A stretch of DNA of 63,440 nt, filler included, from Rhabdomonas costata (GCA_019059605.1; 31 parts of 31 records of this genome joined end to end with filler, not necessarily neighbours in it), one strand, 5' to 3'. Shown: positions 51,001 to 63,440, counted from the whole stretch's first letter. Numbers and translations are program-made. Notes: generated by a model not told the origin, from the letters alone.

Positions 51001-51827
51001 GTACGCTTTTAATTATGGTGTAAGTTTGTTTGAATGCGCTCGGCTGGAGTGACCTTGTCTTGTGGGGATGTCGATACCGGTTGAATGACGATGACGTTCC
51101 TGTCTATCGCGTCTAATTTAGGTCATATAAAGCAGGGTTCACCAAAAACNNNNNNNNNNNNNNNNNNNNNNNNNNNNNNNNNNNNNNNNNNNNTTAATTA
51201 ATTAANNNNNNNNNNNNNNNNNNNNNNNNNNNNNNNNNNNNNNNNNNNNTTTTTTTGGCGACGTGGCTACGGTGTACTTCCGGTGAAGCCTGACAAGTAG
51301 GTGAGATGAGGCCAGGGCCACGGAAATGTGTGTGGGGTTGATGGTGATCATCTTCTCGGGTATATCAAGGAACTTCAGCGGCGGACAAACACTGGCAATG
51401 CGGACCCTTTCTTCTCTATAATGGAGCACATTCGGACATGTGAATGGTGTCTCCTTTTTCAGGGATGGGTGATGGCGGTATGGCCGCGAGCTGTAGGTGA
51501 GTGTGTCTGCGCCTTGAAGCCGAAGCGGCGCCTCATGTTACACATGAAAACGCCTTGTCCCATACGGCAGATATCGGGTGGGGTGTCCGGGAGTCTGGAT
51601 AGGTAGGTATATGAAAAGGAATTCGGCATACCTGAAGTACCAACTGCATCAGTTCAGAAAAAGCCAGGAAAGAACCAGGACACAGCGTTCAAGTCTGATA
51701 GCCCGTCAACAGTCCATACACCCAGACCAAGTTGAACTGAGTGACCCAAAAGCACGAAAGCCGCTTGGGAACGCACTGCGCTGACCTGATGGAAAGGGTT
51801 GAGAAGAATTGCCTGGGCACGGGCTTA

Positions 51828-52199
51828 CCCGCCGTAGGTGCCCGGGTAGGCCTGCGCACCGTAGGCTGGCGCGGCAGCCGCAGCCCCACCGTACCCCACG
51901 TTGGCGGCGGCGCCATAACTCGTCTGTGCCTGTGTGGGTATGCCGCAGAATCCGTGAAACACAAAGGCGGACCCCACCGGCCCCGCACAGAAAGACCCCA
52001 ATATCCCTAACGGATAGACGACCGAAAGAAGGAGCGGAAAGGAAGGAAAACAATGAGAAAGGTGCAAAGACCCACTGACCTGGGTGTGGCGAGGATGGAA
52101 CTCCCCAGAATCATGGTTGCCCCAGTAGCTGCGCTCCTCAGGGCTCCACCGCAGCCCCCACACCGACGTGGCTTCCAGCTGGTTGTGGTGGCCCCAGGT
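51828..52199 (-). CDS. Hypothetical protein exons with a Tyr/Gly/Ala-rich low-complexity segment
   Basis: TWGHHNQLEATSVWGLRWSPEERSYWGNHDSGEFHPRHTQ/AQTSYGAAANVGYGGAAAAAPAYGAQAYPGTYGG, bounded by GT-AG sites. Confidence 0.55.
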
Positions 52200-55100
52200 C
52201 TGAGCGGGAGAGTCGGGTAACAAGGTGGGAGGAAGGGAGGCAGGTGTGTGGGGTGGGGACGCAACACACCGCCTGCTCATGCCAGGAAGGCGAAGGCGAA
52301 GGCACCCCCACCCTCCAACACAACACATTACATTACATCGGTCTCCTTTCTCCGCTTCCCTTCCATCGACGCGCAAGCACAACTGGGACGTACCCCGGGT
52401 GCGTTTCCCAAGTTTGAGGTTGAGGTCCGCGGGGTTCGAAAGGGAGCAAAAAGCCGAAAAAGGAGGCTGAGAACTTCTTGAGAAGATAGAAATGAGAGGA
52501 AAGAGGAGGAGGAAACCATGTGGCAAGTGACAGGGGAGGGTGACAAATGAATTAGCCGGGAGTGAAGGCACAACAAAATCTCGCAGCACTTTTTCCTCGG
52601 ACACTGCCAGGAACGGAACGCGGGATCAAAATCGTCAAGAAAGACGAATTAACAGAACTTTTACCAAGCAAAAAAAATCTGAATCCCTGCATAGGACGCT
52701 GTTTTGGGTGACCTTCCAAGCTCTTCTCCACAAACTCCAAAAGTGATGGATGCTCCATAAGAAGTATCGGAGTCTTCAGGGCTTCCAGCAATCAACGTTT
52801 GCCCGAAACCCACACAGTCGATGAAAATTTTCGCACGTCTTTCGTCAACGGTCGAGTAGGCCAAAAAAGCAGAAGCCCCACGAATGGGTGGAACAGTGAA
52901 AAGCTTGGACGACAAAAACTAAGGAACAGTAAGATGCGAACCAGTCCCAAAACAATCCGCTGAAGATATTATCAGGCGCGGGTGCACTGCTTAACACCAC
53001 TCGCGCTTCAGCTGATGAAACAGACCAGATGTGAAACCTCTGTTCATTTCTATCGTATAGAAGAAGGCCTGCGTATCCAACTTGACCGGCTTTCAGTAAT
53101 CGATTTGCCCAACCCCCGCGTTGTCGACGAGGTGCTGAAGCCGTCAGCCATAACATTCAGAGGAGTCGGGCTCAACCTCGCAATTCAACACACAAACCNN
53201 NNNNNNNNNNNNNNNNNNNNNNNNNNNNNNNNNNNNNNNNNNTTAATTAATTAANNNNNNNNNNNNNNNNNNNNNNNNNNNNNNNNNNNNNNNNNNNNGT
53301 TGTGTGTCGGAGTCTGTAGTTGTAGCGTGGTGTGTGTGCCATGGTCTGTTCTTGTAGTGTAGTGGTCTGTTGGTGTCACTTTTGAAGCTGTTAGCGTAGG
53401 GTGTCTGGTTCTAGTTGTAGCGTTGTGTGTGCCTGCTGTTGGTCGGTCTCACGTTGGTGGTGTTGGTGGTTGGGGTCATGGTGGTTGTGGTTTTGGAGTG
53501 GTTGGCTGTGGTGGTAGCGTTGTCGAGTTGGTGTCAGGAGGCTTTGTTGGTTGCGTGTCAGGATTTCTTGCTATGTGTGTTGGTGGTGTCATGCTTCTGT
53601 AGTGGTTGTGAGTAAGGGGCCGTAGTGTCAGTGGATCGGAGGGTTCTATGGTTGTCAGGGTTTCTTGCTGTGCGTGGTTCTTGCGATGGTTGTGTGCTGT
53701 AGTGCTGTCTTTGTGTCTTAGTGTCAGGAAATCGAGGGTTTGTATGGGAGTCGAGGTGTTGATGCTTTGAGTGGGAGTAAGAGGTTTGAGAGTGATGCCG
53801 AAGTGAGTGGGGATGTGAGTGATGCCGATGCCAAGCTGATGGTGTACGATGCCAAGTGCCAAGATGCGATCCCAACCAGCTGCCTCTACTCCTAAAGAAG
53901 GAAATCAAGAGCGTAACACTACGCATACCACCACAGAAACAGAGGGTAAGACTAAGTGGGATGGTAAGCGTAACATGAGGACAGAGACGCGATTCCTTAC
54001 GCGTACTTCTACCACCACACTTACTGCTACACAAGATGGAGGGATGATGCTGGTATTCCTGATGCTAGTGGTGATGTTGGTATTCTGGGGGCTGACGTTG
54101 GTGACTTGAGAAGTGAGTAATAGTGTGTAGGGGAATCAGCATGCGTTTATACCTGCGCTGCAAGAGTGTATTCCTTCTACGCACTCTTCTACGCACGGCT
54201 CACTGCGTGACCCGTGATTCGATACCTCCAGTGTGTTGGATGTAGTGATGTTAGTGATGGCACCTCCCACCAAGTGATGCTGCTGAAATTCTAGGATGCT
54301 ACTCACTGTTGGGGCTGTTAGCGTATGATGGGATGTAAGAGTGGGATGGAGGTGGAGCTGCCTTAGAGTGGGAATTGTGTTCTTTGCTGATCGTGAGATC
54401 GCTACGCTCCATCACTCCCTAAATGTGCTTGTTTGTCACTCCACCGCTACGCGCTTCCGTTCCACACCAGATAGAAGATGCTAGTCGGGATGTCCTTCAC
54501 TGCTTTACGACCATCACTCCACTACATACACTCTACTTCAACCACTCCCTGCGCTCGACATGGCGGTGGGGCGCAGTGAACCATCCACTTATCTGGAGCA
54601 TCGAGGGTAGAGAGATGTGACCATAACTCTTTCTCTTCTCTTGTCTGCATGCCCATCACTCCGGTCGGATCATGCCTCTTTCCATCCTACCAGCATTCTT
54701 AGTCCCACTGTGCCTCAGCTCTCCAACAGCACCAACTCACCACTATCGGGTTGTCATCAGCATGATAGGTGAACCATTACCTTGTAAAGAGGAAAAAGCT
54801 CTCCTTCCACGCTGCTTTTAAATTCAACTTTGTTCTTCATTGCCCAAGGCGTTTATCCTCATGCGTTTAATTGTCCTCCATATCCGTTTCCTTCCCGCCC
54901 ATATTTGTTGGCGCCTCAACAGATTTTCATTTCTCTTGCAATGCATCAAAAAAGCACGCGGATGCCGACCCCAGTTGTAGCTCAGAGCTGGGTTGAAAGC
55001 CAATACCAGGCCGAGATGTATGGTCTCTTTCATCGTATCTGGACTGCGAAAGTTCATATTCCTACCTACCTATTTATGTCGCATTGCGGACAACTTCAGT

Positions 55101-55637
55101 TGCCTTGTTACCAGTGGAAAGATTGTATTACTTATTACTTATTGTATCTATCTACGGTGCCTTCTATGCGTTAGTCCTTAACGAGTTTGTGGTATGCTAT
55201 CACTCACTTGTTTTGGAACATGGACACATGCAATATGAACACAACACNNNNNNNNNNNNNNNNNNNNNNNNNNNNNNNNNNNNNNNNNNNNTTAATTAAT
55301 TAANNNNNNNNNNNNNNNNNNNNNNNNNNNNNNNNNNNNNNNNNNNNACTATTTTCCTTACATCAAAACACTGCCAAAACTGAGAATCCTCCCTTCCAGA
55401 GGGAAAATTTTGCGGCCACGACAGAGGAAGCTCATTCAAACATGTGCGGGAAGCCTGTAACTCCAGAGAAGACTGGGCCGAGGCTTGAGCCCATTAAAAT
55501 ATTCCTAACCACCCACCCAAAAAAAGTAACAGGTAATAAACTAGCAGCAGCAAGCAACCGCACCCAGAAATAAAACAAAAAAGTCAAAGGATGGCAGCAG
55601 GGGGCGAGGGAACTCGGGGCGCCACAGACCAAACACG

Positions 55638-56460
55638 TTGCGCATGTCTGACATGAATCCCTGCAGTGTAAACGCCGGGATCGCGTCCTCCCTGAACTGC
55701 GGGAAGAGCTTCTTCATCCGGAGGTTGTGAGCGCGGCCGGCGATGGGCCTACAGGTGAAAGCCCGCAGCGGTCAATGCAATGATGAATTGGATGTGTCAG
55801 CATTCCCCAAGCGATAGCCTTCCACCTCCAGGGTGCTCAACTCCCTCTCTAAAACACAGTCGAAACTGCGCTTGTCACTTTTCTCTGGACTAATTCCCCT
55901 CTTCTCTATCCAGCAAGTTGTGGGTTACATCAATCCCTCAGGCTGCGAGGGGAAGAAGCGGCACATGAGAGTTGTCTGAGGGGCCACCTCCAGGGGTGCG
56001 GACGGCCTCGCATCCTTTTTGTCTCAATTGTAAATGAAGACCCGAGACGCTTCGGCTTCAGCCCCATCCCCAAGAGGGAATTTTCCTATTTTTCCACGAA
56101 TATTCCAATTCTGAACATGCCGGATTACTATTGTGCCGCATAGTCGTATGCTCGTGGAGTATAATGCACACCCCATTGCACACCCCAACAGGCCGACGGA
56201 GTGTGTAACCAGGCACTGGAAAGCCACGAACAATGGCTGCTGAAGACGCCGCTCGTAAAACAAGCATGGGTTAGCCGAGGCAGAACCTTCATTGCGGCAC
56301 CTCCCCCTCCCCCCATCGCCCACCATAAGAAAACACGATGCTAACCATAGGCCAATGTTCAGGATCACCAGTCTCCGCGGGTGGTTCGAAGATAGAATGT
56401 CCTGCAGAGCAGATTTCATGTCGATAGGAGTTTGCGCGACATAGTACTTGGCCTTCACGC
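55638..56460 (-). CDS. Possible SGNH/PC-esterase-like protein exons
   Basis: VKAKYYVAQTPIDMKSALQDILSSNHPRRLVILNIGLW (N.GLW motif) and PIAGRAHNLRMKKLFPQFREDAIPAF. Confidence 0.4.
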
Positions 56461-57395
56461 CTAACAGGGAGATTGGGCAGGAAAAAGGAGTTGATCACGG
56501 CACTGGTCAGATTCACGAGTCAGAGCCATATCCGGAACTGCGCCCTGAAGCTCTCAGCCAACAGGAATCAAGGATGCGCACACCTCGTCATTGAAAAATT
56601 GCAAAGATGGGAGCGCTCGTGTGGATGACATGAGACTAACTTTCACTTTCCCGAGCCCGAACCCAAGCTGCGTGCACTTTCGTGACCTACTTCAGATGGC
56701 CAGCACCATATTTTCTGGGGTTAAATGGCGAACGCCCTTCGATGCCGACCCGTGCTTGGAAAGTTGATTGAGGTCTCGCGTGTGACCCACGTGGGACCCA
56801 CGTGGGACAAGAAGCATTCGCTCTTGTCTGAGTGTCATGTGGTCTTTCTGTTTTCCGTGCATGGATGCATGGGTGTGATGAAACCAACCCCACCTTGACT
56901 TGGTGGTCGAGTGAAAAATCCCGGCAGTGACCTTTGCCGTTTGAAAATCATGACCGCAATCACAAGCACACAGTGTTTTGACCCTTTTCAGGCGATACAT
57001 CGTCGCACAACAGAGCCCGTGCCATTAAAGTCAACTTGGCCTGGGGCCACGCCACCGGGCAGCTGCTCCGGCATGACTGCACTCCCCACTAATGCCCACC
57101 CCCTTAGTAATCAATAGGTATACCCAACGAAGGTTGGTCAACAAGAAAGGCACAGAAAAAGCTGACACGAGCTCGGAACCTTCGCTCCAGACTACCACTG
57201 GACCACGGGTCACCTCCCAAGCACCCACACACACCCCAACCAGAACATACCTGCAGTCTCGAAGGCATAGTTCAGCCCCGGAAACGACGTCGGTCNNNNN
57301 NNNNNNNNNNNNNNNNNNNNNNNNNNNNNNNNNNNNNNNTTAATTAATTAANNNNNNNNNNNNNNNNNNNNNNNNNNNNNNNNNNNNNNNNNNNN

Positions 57396-58293
57396 ACCCG
57401 AGGAGGGCCTTGCCCGGGGGGGCCAGGGCGTCCAGACAGCCCACCACCGACTCGGCGTCGGTCTTCGGGAGGGGTTGTGGTGACTCCTCGACAGCAGTGC
57501 CTTTGTCGGATAGCACAGAACTCAAAGCGGTCGGAGCCACGGTGGCGCTGCCATCCTGAAAAAATGAAAGCAATACTGGAAGGATATGAGTTACAGAACC
57601 ATTGGAGTGGGTTAGTTGCTGGGTCTTAAATGGAGGAGGGGTGCATTTGTAAAGAGCGAGCTCGCGCTCTTGCGATATATGGACCACACTCATCTCGACG
57701 TCACCAGTATGGTATCATCACTTCTTCACCAGAGCGAGCAAAATCAACGCAACGAAAGTGGGCAAATTCCCTGCAACAGGAAAGGGCGGTGTGGGCAGGG
57801 CAGAAGGAGCCAACCACAGTAGTGGCATTGGGTGCCGCCGCTGCGGGGCTCAAGACAAAAGTGTCAGGATGGGCCGAAGCCAAAGTCTCGGCCGAAGCAG
57901 AGGGCGAGACGTCATCGGTGAAAGACTGCGAGACAGAGATACCCACAAAAAAGGCACGCGCCATCTCCCCGCCACCATAAATGCAAAACTGTCTGCGAAA
58001 AGCAATGAAAGTTCGGAGAGGAAACAAGGAAACACTGGCGAGAGCCGACTGAACCTCACCATATGCGCAATTCAGGAACGCGGGAACGCTATCAATTACC
58101 AACAATTACCAACCTCTGTCGCCACGATCCCAAACTCAATCCCCCAAATCCGAAAATGGCACACAATGGCGTACACACAAAAGTCTCTGCGCACCTGGGG
58201 GATCTCCGCCGTGTTGACATGGACGGCATACGGAACAGGAGGAGAGGGAGGTGGTGAAGTGGACCCGCTGAGGTAGGCCTCCGTGCCAAGCAG
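57396..58293 (-). CDS. Ser/Thr/Pro/Ala-rich exons (58293-58195, 57925-57815, 57555-57396)
   Basis: Three AG-started, phase 0 exons with low-complexity translation. Confidence 0.55.
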
Positions 58294-58385
58294 CTGTGTG
58301 GAGAAATGATCCATAATATACTCATTTACATTGTCGAATGTCTACAAAATTTCACTGTTCACAAAAAACCCCCCGGCAAAATCAA

Positions 58386-58436
58386 GGAACGAACGAACGA
58401 ACGAACGAACGAACGAACGAACGAACGAACGAACGA
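58386..58436. repeat. (gaac)n microsatellite
   Basis: About 12 perfect tetranucleotide units. Confidence 0.95.
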
Positions 58437-59135
58437 AGGAATGAAAAGCAAGAAAGCAAGAAAGGATGATCATGTGGCTGCTGAATGGCAAAAAGGGCCC
58501 GCTCAAAAACACCCCCGAATGGGCCCTGAAATGGCCTGTAAACCCAAACATTCCCGCCCTCCCCGGCGTCAGCATAAAGTGTTCCTGGGAACTACCATTA
58601 GGTATGCTAAGCGGGTCCGGCTGAAGGCTCAGTATGCTGGCCAAAAAAGGTTCGAAAAGTGCACCCCGGTCCCCTGAAAATTGTTGAGGCGAAGGTGCAT
58701 CCTGGATCCCCCCCCTTCCGAGACGCTGGCGGAAGCACCGAGGATCGCGCTCCGCGGTACAAGACATCCTGGAAAAAAGCATCGGCAAGCGCGCATCGCC
58801 TCCTAAACGCCTGCAATAGATTCTGTTAGAATCCCTGGGAAGCGTGCATCGCCTAAACCCGTTCAAAAGCGTCCATTGGAATTGAACTAACTTGCTTCGG
58901 TCGGGGGGAGGGGGGATACAGGATGCGCAAGCGCCGCGTCAGACAAGGCAACAATGGGAACCCACTTTGTGTATAAGCCTCAACGCTCGGCGTGCAACAC
59001 TTCAATCCGACAGAACTTCAAAGCTCAATACAACTCAAAACCCCATGACATCGGCCAGATACCCGGTCGAATGCGGAATCTAATCTGCAGGAGTGCTGCA
59101 ATGCTCCAGTGCACGGCATAGAGGCAAACACAGAC

Positions 59136-59225
59136 CAAGAAGTCCTTCAAGTTGTCGCAGTCCAGCCGGGTCCTGCAGAAAATCAGGCATTGCTCCATCT
59201 GGTAGGCATCGATGATCCGCGCGAC
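59136..59225 (-). CDS. DDX1: DEAD-box helicase DDX1-like exon (motif IV region)
   Basis: 90-nt AG/GT exon VARIIDAYQMEQCLIFCRTRLDCDNLKDFL matches the recalled DDX1 signature MdQaiIFCRTkiDCDNL. Confidence 0.75.
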
Positions 59226-59649
59226 CTGCGCCAGTGCCAACAGAAACGTTGTTTTTATTTCCATCAGAATGTTGTTCTTCCTTTCTTCTTTCAGTCCTCT
59301 ATCACCCAAACCCAAAAATAATGTGAATAATATGAAAACACCCCNNNNNNNNNNNNNNNNNNNNNNNNNNNNNNNNNNNNNNNNNNNNTTAATTAATTAA
59401 NNNNNNNNNNNNNNNNNNNNNNNNNNNNNNNNNNNNNNNNNNNNGGTGGAGGTGCGTGCTCGTGGAGGTTCTTCATGTGCCCAAGTGTGGTAGTTGACCA
59501 CTTTCAAAAAACACGCGCTTTGCGCAGATTATTGAGCAGAATGCCAAGAATGCCAGCCGAAGATGTAAAGAATTTAAGACGGCATCTTACGCAGTGTCTG
59601 GCGCAGGGTGTCATAGGGTGATAGGGTGTTGCAGGCTCAGCAGCGCACG

Positions 59650-60131
59650 GGGGCAGGGGGCAACCTCCTCTCCGCAACTTGCTTCGCCCGGAACTGAGCC
59701 ACGGCGAGGCGGTCCACGGCTCGCTCGTGGTCGAAGCACGCATGCTGAAGGATGAGGTCGAGGTTGTTGTGTGAGGACGGGCCTTCAAAGAAAACAGCAG
59801 CACCACATGCACACAGACTAACTCGACGAAAGAAAAGTATGTCTTTGCTTTGAGCTGTGTAGGGCTGCAAAATGCCGATTCAATGCAGCACGGTACCAGA
59901 AAAAGTTAAACAGTAGCTGGTGGGCATATAACAAATAGGCAAAGTGGGCATTTTGTTCGGCGTCCCTATAAGGGACCAGGCCACACAAAGTAACACAACG
60001 TCAGGGTCATGCTACTGCTATCCCTTGACCCCCTCCGAAATCGAAGAGGCACCTCGGGAGACCAGGGGCTTCCCTGGAGAGGAGGCAGGGATGGACTTAC
60101 GCGGCGCGGGCCGGGTGGCCTTGGAAGCCAT
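59650..60131 (-). CDS. Hypothetical protein, first exons
   Basis: ATG at 60131: MASKATRPAPRKSIPASSPGKPLVSR/GPSSHNNLDLILQHACFDHERAVDRLAVAQFRAKQVAERR, joined by a phase 1 GT-AG intron. Confidence 0.55.
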
Positions 60132-60872
60132 GGAGAACGGCGAGGGAGCGAGGAGCACAGAGACCACAAAAACTTGAAAAGGAAAAACTTTGCTGCAAAG
60201 CAAAAGGAAAAGGATGCAAGATTGAGCTCCTGCAGATGCCGCAGATCCGCAAATCACGCACCACAAATTCAAAAACCCTCACTCCAAAAAACCCAAGCCA
60301 CGAGACGTGCAGTGACCAGCGCGAAAAGTTCAGAGGGCAAAAAATGGAAAAGCGAAAGGAAGGAGGGCCGTAGCGCACGCACGCGTGTAGTCGGTGCGGA
60401 TTTAGAATTATATCAGACGGTACAATTTTTCACCCTCTGCCTTTGAGTCTTTGAGTCTTTGAAACAACTGGGAATGGGGAAGCTCCGTGAGACATAAAAA
60501 CCGTGGGTGAGTGCGGGTTCAAAGTCGGAAAGCAACCCTTTCCTTGTCTCACACCAAATGCACGAGACCAGTCACCACCAGTGCAGACGATGGCACTGTC
60601 CACCAGATCAGTGTCCAGTACAGTATCCAGCACAGTCACCAGCCAGTCTCAGAGCGTCCAGGAGAAAAAAAAGCAGAAGCAGAAGCGGAAGTCCTGCAAC
60701 CCTCCAACCAGCGGCAGTACTTTCATTAACATGGATACCAAGGGCACCCACGTAACCCCTACTGAAAGAGGGCGGGACTTTCAACTTCTGCCTGCGATGA
60801 GCCTATCAAGGGCAGCACTCGCTGCGATCCCGCGGGTGGGGCTTCGATGCCCCCACTTCGCCGCGGCCCGTA

Positions 60873-61098
60873 TCACAAGCACCCTAGCTTCGCTGGATTG
60901 GCAAAGAAGGCTTCTCGGAATTGATATGAGTGCCCCCCGGAGGAGGAGCTGGTCTGGAAGCAGCCCCAGCGGCTGTGCAGAAGGTCAGTCAGGGTACTGG
61001 CCACACCTCCGCTACTGCGGAAGGGCCGCGCCCACACCAAGTCCTCCGCAGCCATGGCCTGCAGCAGCGCGTCTACCTGGGAGGGCCGGAGAACTCCC
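60873..61098 (-). CDS. Terminal exon of a hypothetical protein
   Basis: Acceptor after a T-tract, then DFYAHFTGVLRPSQVDALLQAMAAEDLVWARPF...AFFANPAKLGCL-stop. Confidence 0.55.
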
Positions 61099-62154
61099 GT
61101 GAAGTGAGCGTAGAAATCCTGCCAAAAAAAAGTGTGAGCAAGTTTGAAAAAGAACACCGGACTGCCGCGAGCTATGCCTTTCCGTTGCCTTGCCAATATT
61201 CGTTTCCCGGCACCAAATACGGTGACGAGCATGAGAAAAGTGTTGCCGCGTGAATTTCTGTGAAACCAAAACAGAGAGTTAAAGCAGCCCACCCCAATGC
61301 ATTGTACATCTGAAGGGGATCTGCAAGGGTATGAGAAGGGGGGGGTAACACACGTCAGCATTTCCAACTCCTTCCAGAAAGAACAAAAAAAANNNNNNNN
61401 NNNNNNNNNNNNNNNNNNNNNNNNNNNNNNNNNNNNTTAATTAATTAANNNNNNNNNNNNNNNNNNNNNNNNNNNNNNNNNNNNNNNNNNNNTGTTTTTG
61501 GAATTGACAGTGTGGGGTGGTCCGTTCTTCTCAGGTCATATGCCCACAAGCCTCCCGGCCAAGACATTGCCCGGGAAAGTACGCCCTTGAGCTGCAAAAA
61601 ACATGTATTGCCATGCTCACGATTATTTAACCCACGATAGAAAGGTCAATACTCGTCGCGTGTCATGGTTTCCAACACCATGGGCTGCATAGGGAAGGAA
61701 CTCTCAGAGAGAGAGAGTGTGTGTGTGTGTCTGTGTGTGCGTGACGCCAGACACCAGTCTCATGTGTGTGTGAAACCCAATCGAAATGCCTTTTTTCCGT
61801 TTTGATACGGCTCATCCTTTTTTTTTCCAATCATTCTTGTAGTTCGGATATGACCCTCAGTTAAAAAAGCATTTTCGGCTGTTTTTGCTATGGGTCCCTC
61901 TTTGCATATCGAGCTATCCAGATAAGTGATCCGGGAGGCATCCGGGAGTACTGCGTTTCCTTCCAAAAACATGTTTGAAAGTAAAAAAAGTGTTCGCGTT
62001 TTGTCGCAAACCTGTGCATCAAAGAAATTGAAGTCCCTGTTTATGCATACTTTTCCATGGCCACGAATATAATTGCGGTCAGTCCTTTCGTGACGTGCAC
62101 CGAATACTGAAGATTTGGTGATAACAAACCCTCGACCTTCCCACGCTCTCTCAG

Positions 62155-62900
62155 TGTCCAGCGGGGTTCTACTGCCCGCGCATCTACTCCGCCCCGATAC
62201 AATGCGTGAACGGGACCTACTGCCTGTCTGGATCAGTCAACCCCACGGACTGTCCAGCGGGCTACTACTGCCCAGCTCAGGCATTGTACCCCCCTCCTGG
62301 CCTGGACCCACTCCCCTGCTGCACCGGCCCACCGAAATACACGTATCCGTTTTCCGCATATGGACGCCAAGCCACACGGTGCGATCGGGCTTGTGCTGGT
62401 TTCGGGAGGGGTGATTTTAAATTTTGTGGGTGCTTGCATCGACCCTGACGACGTGTGCATTTAGTGGTGCTAAAGTGTGGTGGACGTACATGGGGGTGGG
62501 CAAACAGGACAAGTCGCCGCGGGTCTGCCCTCCCGCAACGTACGCCCCGATCCGCTCGTCGTACTGCACGGTTTGCCCGGCGGGCTCTTACTGTGCTACG
62601 GCCGACGTTATGCCCCAACTTTGCGCCGCAGGGTATGCCTCTGCTGATGCCGCTGCTCTCTCTCATCTTTTGGAATTGCGATGAGCAGGGTTGCAGTCCT
62701 TGCGCCAGGAACCTCTCCATTACTGAAACGTGTACACTGGAATATGTGCTGACGTCCACTCCACCCTACTTTCCAGCTACTGGAGCCCAGAGAGGTCCTT
62801 GAGCTGCGCCCCCTGTGCTGCGGGCTGGCTATGCCCGCAGGGCTCGGTCACCCCCACCCCGGCGGGCTATGAGTGCCCCCAAGGGAGCTACTGCCCTCAG
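62155..62900 (+). CDS. Cys-rich GCC2/GCC3 (ephrin-receptor-like) repeat surface protein (exons 62155-62280, 62508-62632, 62777-62900)
   Basis: Repeated CPAGFYCP, CPAGYYCP, CPAGSYCA, CAAGWLCP and CPQGSYCP in one spliced frame. Confidence 0.9.
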
Positions 62901-63440
62901 GTAACCTTGGGCTCTCTGCGCGTGAGTGCGCCCGAAGGAAATGTCTTGCTATTGCGAAGCTCGATTTGAGAAGAGTTGTTTTCGATGAAAAATGAAAAAG
63001 CAGGTCAGTAATTTCTTGCTGAAAAGGCTGGAGCCGGCTCTCTTCACGCTCGTCACTCTTTCGGCCCCCACCCCAACGCTTCCAAAAAGATGAGCGAAAA
63101 TGACCAAAAATAAGCAAAGTGTCTTTTGTTTTTGCAACCTCAGCACGTCCCGCCCGTCCCACCGGGAGTGAGTGTTGAGAATGGTGTGGTATGGTGTGGT
63201 GGTGTACATCCAAACTCATACAACCAACGTTGATCATTGGGAGAATCGATAATGAAATTTTGGCCCTCTATGAAACCTTTGAGCCGATCTTTGACAAATT
63301 ATTTTGTGCGTGTACACTCGCGCTTGAATATCAACTTCACATTTTCGGATGTTTGCGTGGCACCCAAGCAAGGGCATCCTTTTGAACTCAGCGTCGATTT
63401 GCGTTCAAAAGGATGCCCTTGCTTGGGTGCCACACAAACC

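Noticed and set aside
1952..61492. Regularly spaced TTAATTAATTAA motif as a CRISPR-like or biological array
   Set aside because: It is always embedded in N runs of fixed length, which makes it a standard six-frame-stop concatenation linker.
42..63385. Most ORFs in the six-frame track
   Set aside because: They are antisense or off-frame shadows of GC-rich exons, or intron read-through. Several real exon frames are absent from the track.

Overview
This window is not one locus. It is 31 unrelated contigs of about 1.95 kb, joined by 30 artificial 100-bp spacers (N44-TTAATTAATTAA-N44), so nothing can be inferred from gene neighbourhood across spacers. The DNA is from an intron-rich eukaryote, most plausibly a flagellated euglenozoan-type protist (inference). 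Contig ends carry G/T-only primer remnants and fold-back inversions typical of GenomePlex-type whole-genome amplification. Most ORFs in the supplied track are spurious. Real genes appear as short GC-rich exons that splice in frame through GT-AG introns and several GC-AG introns. Recognisable fragments: PstS-like sensor/TM/class III adenylate cyclase receptor, degenerate HisKA histidine kinase, CCoAOMT-type O-methyltransferase, CDGSH Fe-S protein, GT11-like fucosyltransferase, LRRcap protein, CFAP47/hydin-like protein, IPT/TIG protein, GCC2/GCC3-like Cys-repeat protein, DDX1-like exon, arylsulfotransferase-like protein and a WQPFxGG-repeat membrane protein. There are also three decayed retroelement fragments (APE, CRE/RLE, RNase H) and MITE-like inverted repeats. 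No rRNA, tRNA, CRISPR or multi-gene novel system can be supported. All family assignments come from motif recognition by eye, not from database searches.
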